Below, piece by piece: positions 63,301-64,000 of a DNA stretch of 64,000 bases. The DNA comes from Chrysomallon squamiferum. Taxonomy: Eukaryota; Animalia; Mollusca. Location: NCBI GenBank assembly GCA_012295275.1, contig CM022671.1, forward strand, positions 24,552,001 through 24,616,000, read 5' to 3'. The notes beneath the pieces are model-generated. The model saw only the letters and a list, made by a program, of their open reading frames with translations, searched no databases and was not told the origin of the DNA. Position numbers and translations under genes: made by a program. The first letter of the stretch is position 1; each line of letters begins with the position of its first letter.

Positions 63301-64000
63301 TGTGTAATGCAAATCAGTGTGTATTCTGAACATCACGTTTGACACAATGTCACAGGATACCATTGTGTAGATTTATTTCCGTGTAGATTGCATATCACAG
63401 TGTATACTGAATATCCCTTGGTACACTCAGTATCACATACTTTATAGATCAAGTTTTGTACAGGCATTGTACACCAAGTTTAAAGTATCATCATTAAGTT
63501 GAAGGTAAACAGACAATGATCAACCACATATGGCTTAAAATACACAGTTTTCTTTCATCATTTTAAAATGGGGAATTTGAAGGTATAAAATCTGGAAGCC
63601 AAGTGTTGCCTATATGTCACAAGTATGATTAATTTTCACAAACATTCTTTCCCCTTTGTTCCAGACCCCAATGATTTGTTTATCAATGCCATTTTAGCTT
63701 TATGAGAAGGTTCACATAAAAAGACCCTTTCCTGCTAACCCCCCCCAAAAAAAAAAAAAAAATCTATTGAAGTAGAAAAAGCTGATTTATTTGTTCATTA
63801 TACAAAATTCTGTACCTAATAACCATTAATATTAAAATGTCTTGAGATGTCATTAAATATTCCTTCCTCCATTCACTCACTTAATTAATCTTGTTGTCTT
63901 GCCATAATCCATCATGTAATCCAAGTACTTCACATGCAGAACCTGTCATCTTTAATTACAGTCAAGTGGTGTGATTAACTGTCATGGTGACAATGTGGAA

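Noticed and set aside
54294-64000. Downstream SBSPON exons (TSP1 WxxWxxC motif)
   Set aside because: No phase-compatible exon with the motif found; probably beyond the window.

Overview
AT-rich, microsatellite-laden invertebrate genomic DNA, most consistent with a mollusc/gastropod (tentative). All exon models were built by hand from splice signals and frame continuity. Left to right: (1) an unrecognised compact gene made of tiny exons and mostly 47-93 nt introns (475-1615, +); (2) a strongly diverged ribosomal stalk protein P2 paralog (2184-3085, +) tail-to-tail with (3) canonical RPLP2 (3910-5006, -); (4) MED21 (5875-8176, +), head-to-head with RPLP2 and carrying a Tigger4-like transposon relic; (5) a complete 31-exon clathrin heavy chain gene (11320-33334, +, 1681 aa); (6) about 17 kb of intergenic DNA with minisatellites and CpG-retaining patches; (7) exon 1 of an SBSPON-like somatomedin-B protein (54047-54293, +) whose remaining exons were not found. 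The most interesting signals are inside the clathrin gene: two frame-preserving microexons with upstream UGC motifs (12 nt; and 21 nt at the position of vertebrate muscle exon 31 but unrelated in sequence) and an intronic H/ACA snoRNA with an SNORA36/snR36-type guide. Comparisons with human genes and repeat consensus sequences are from memory and need database confirmation.
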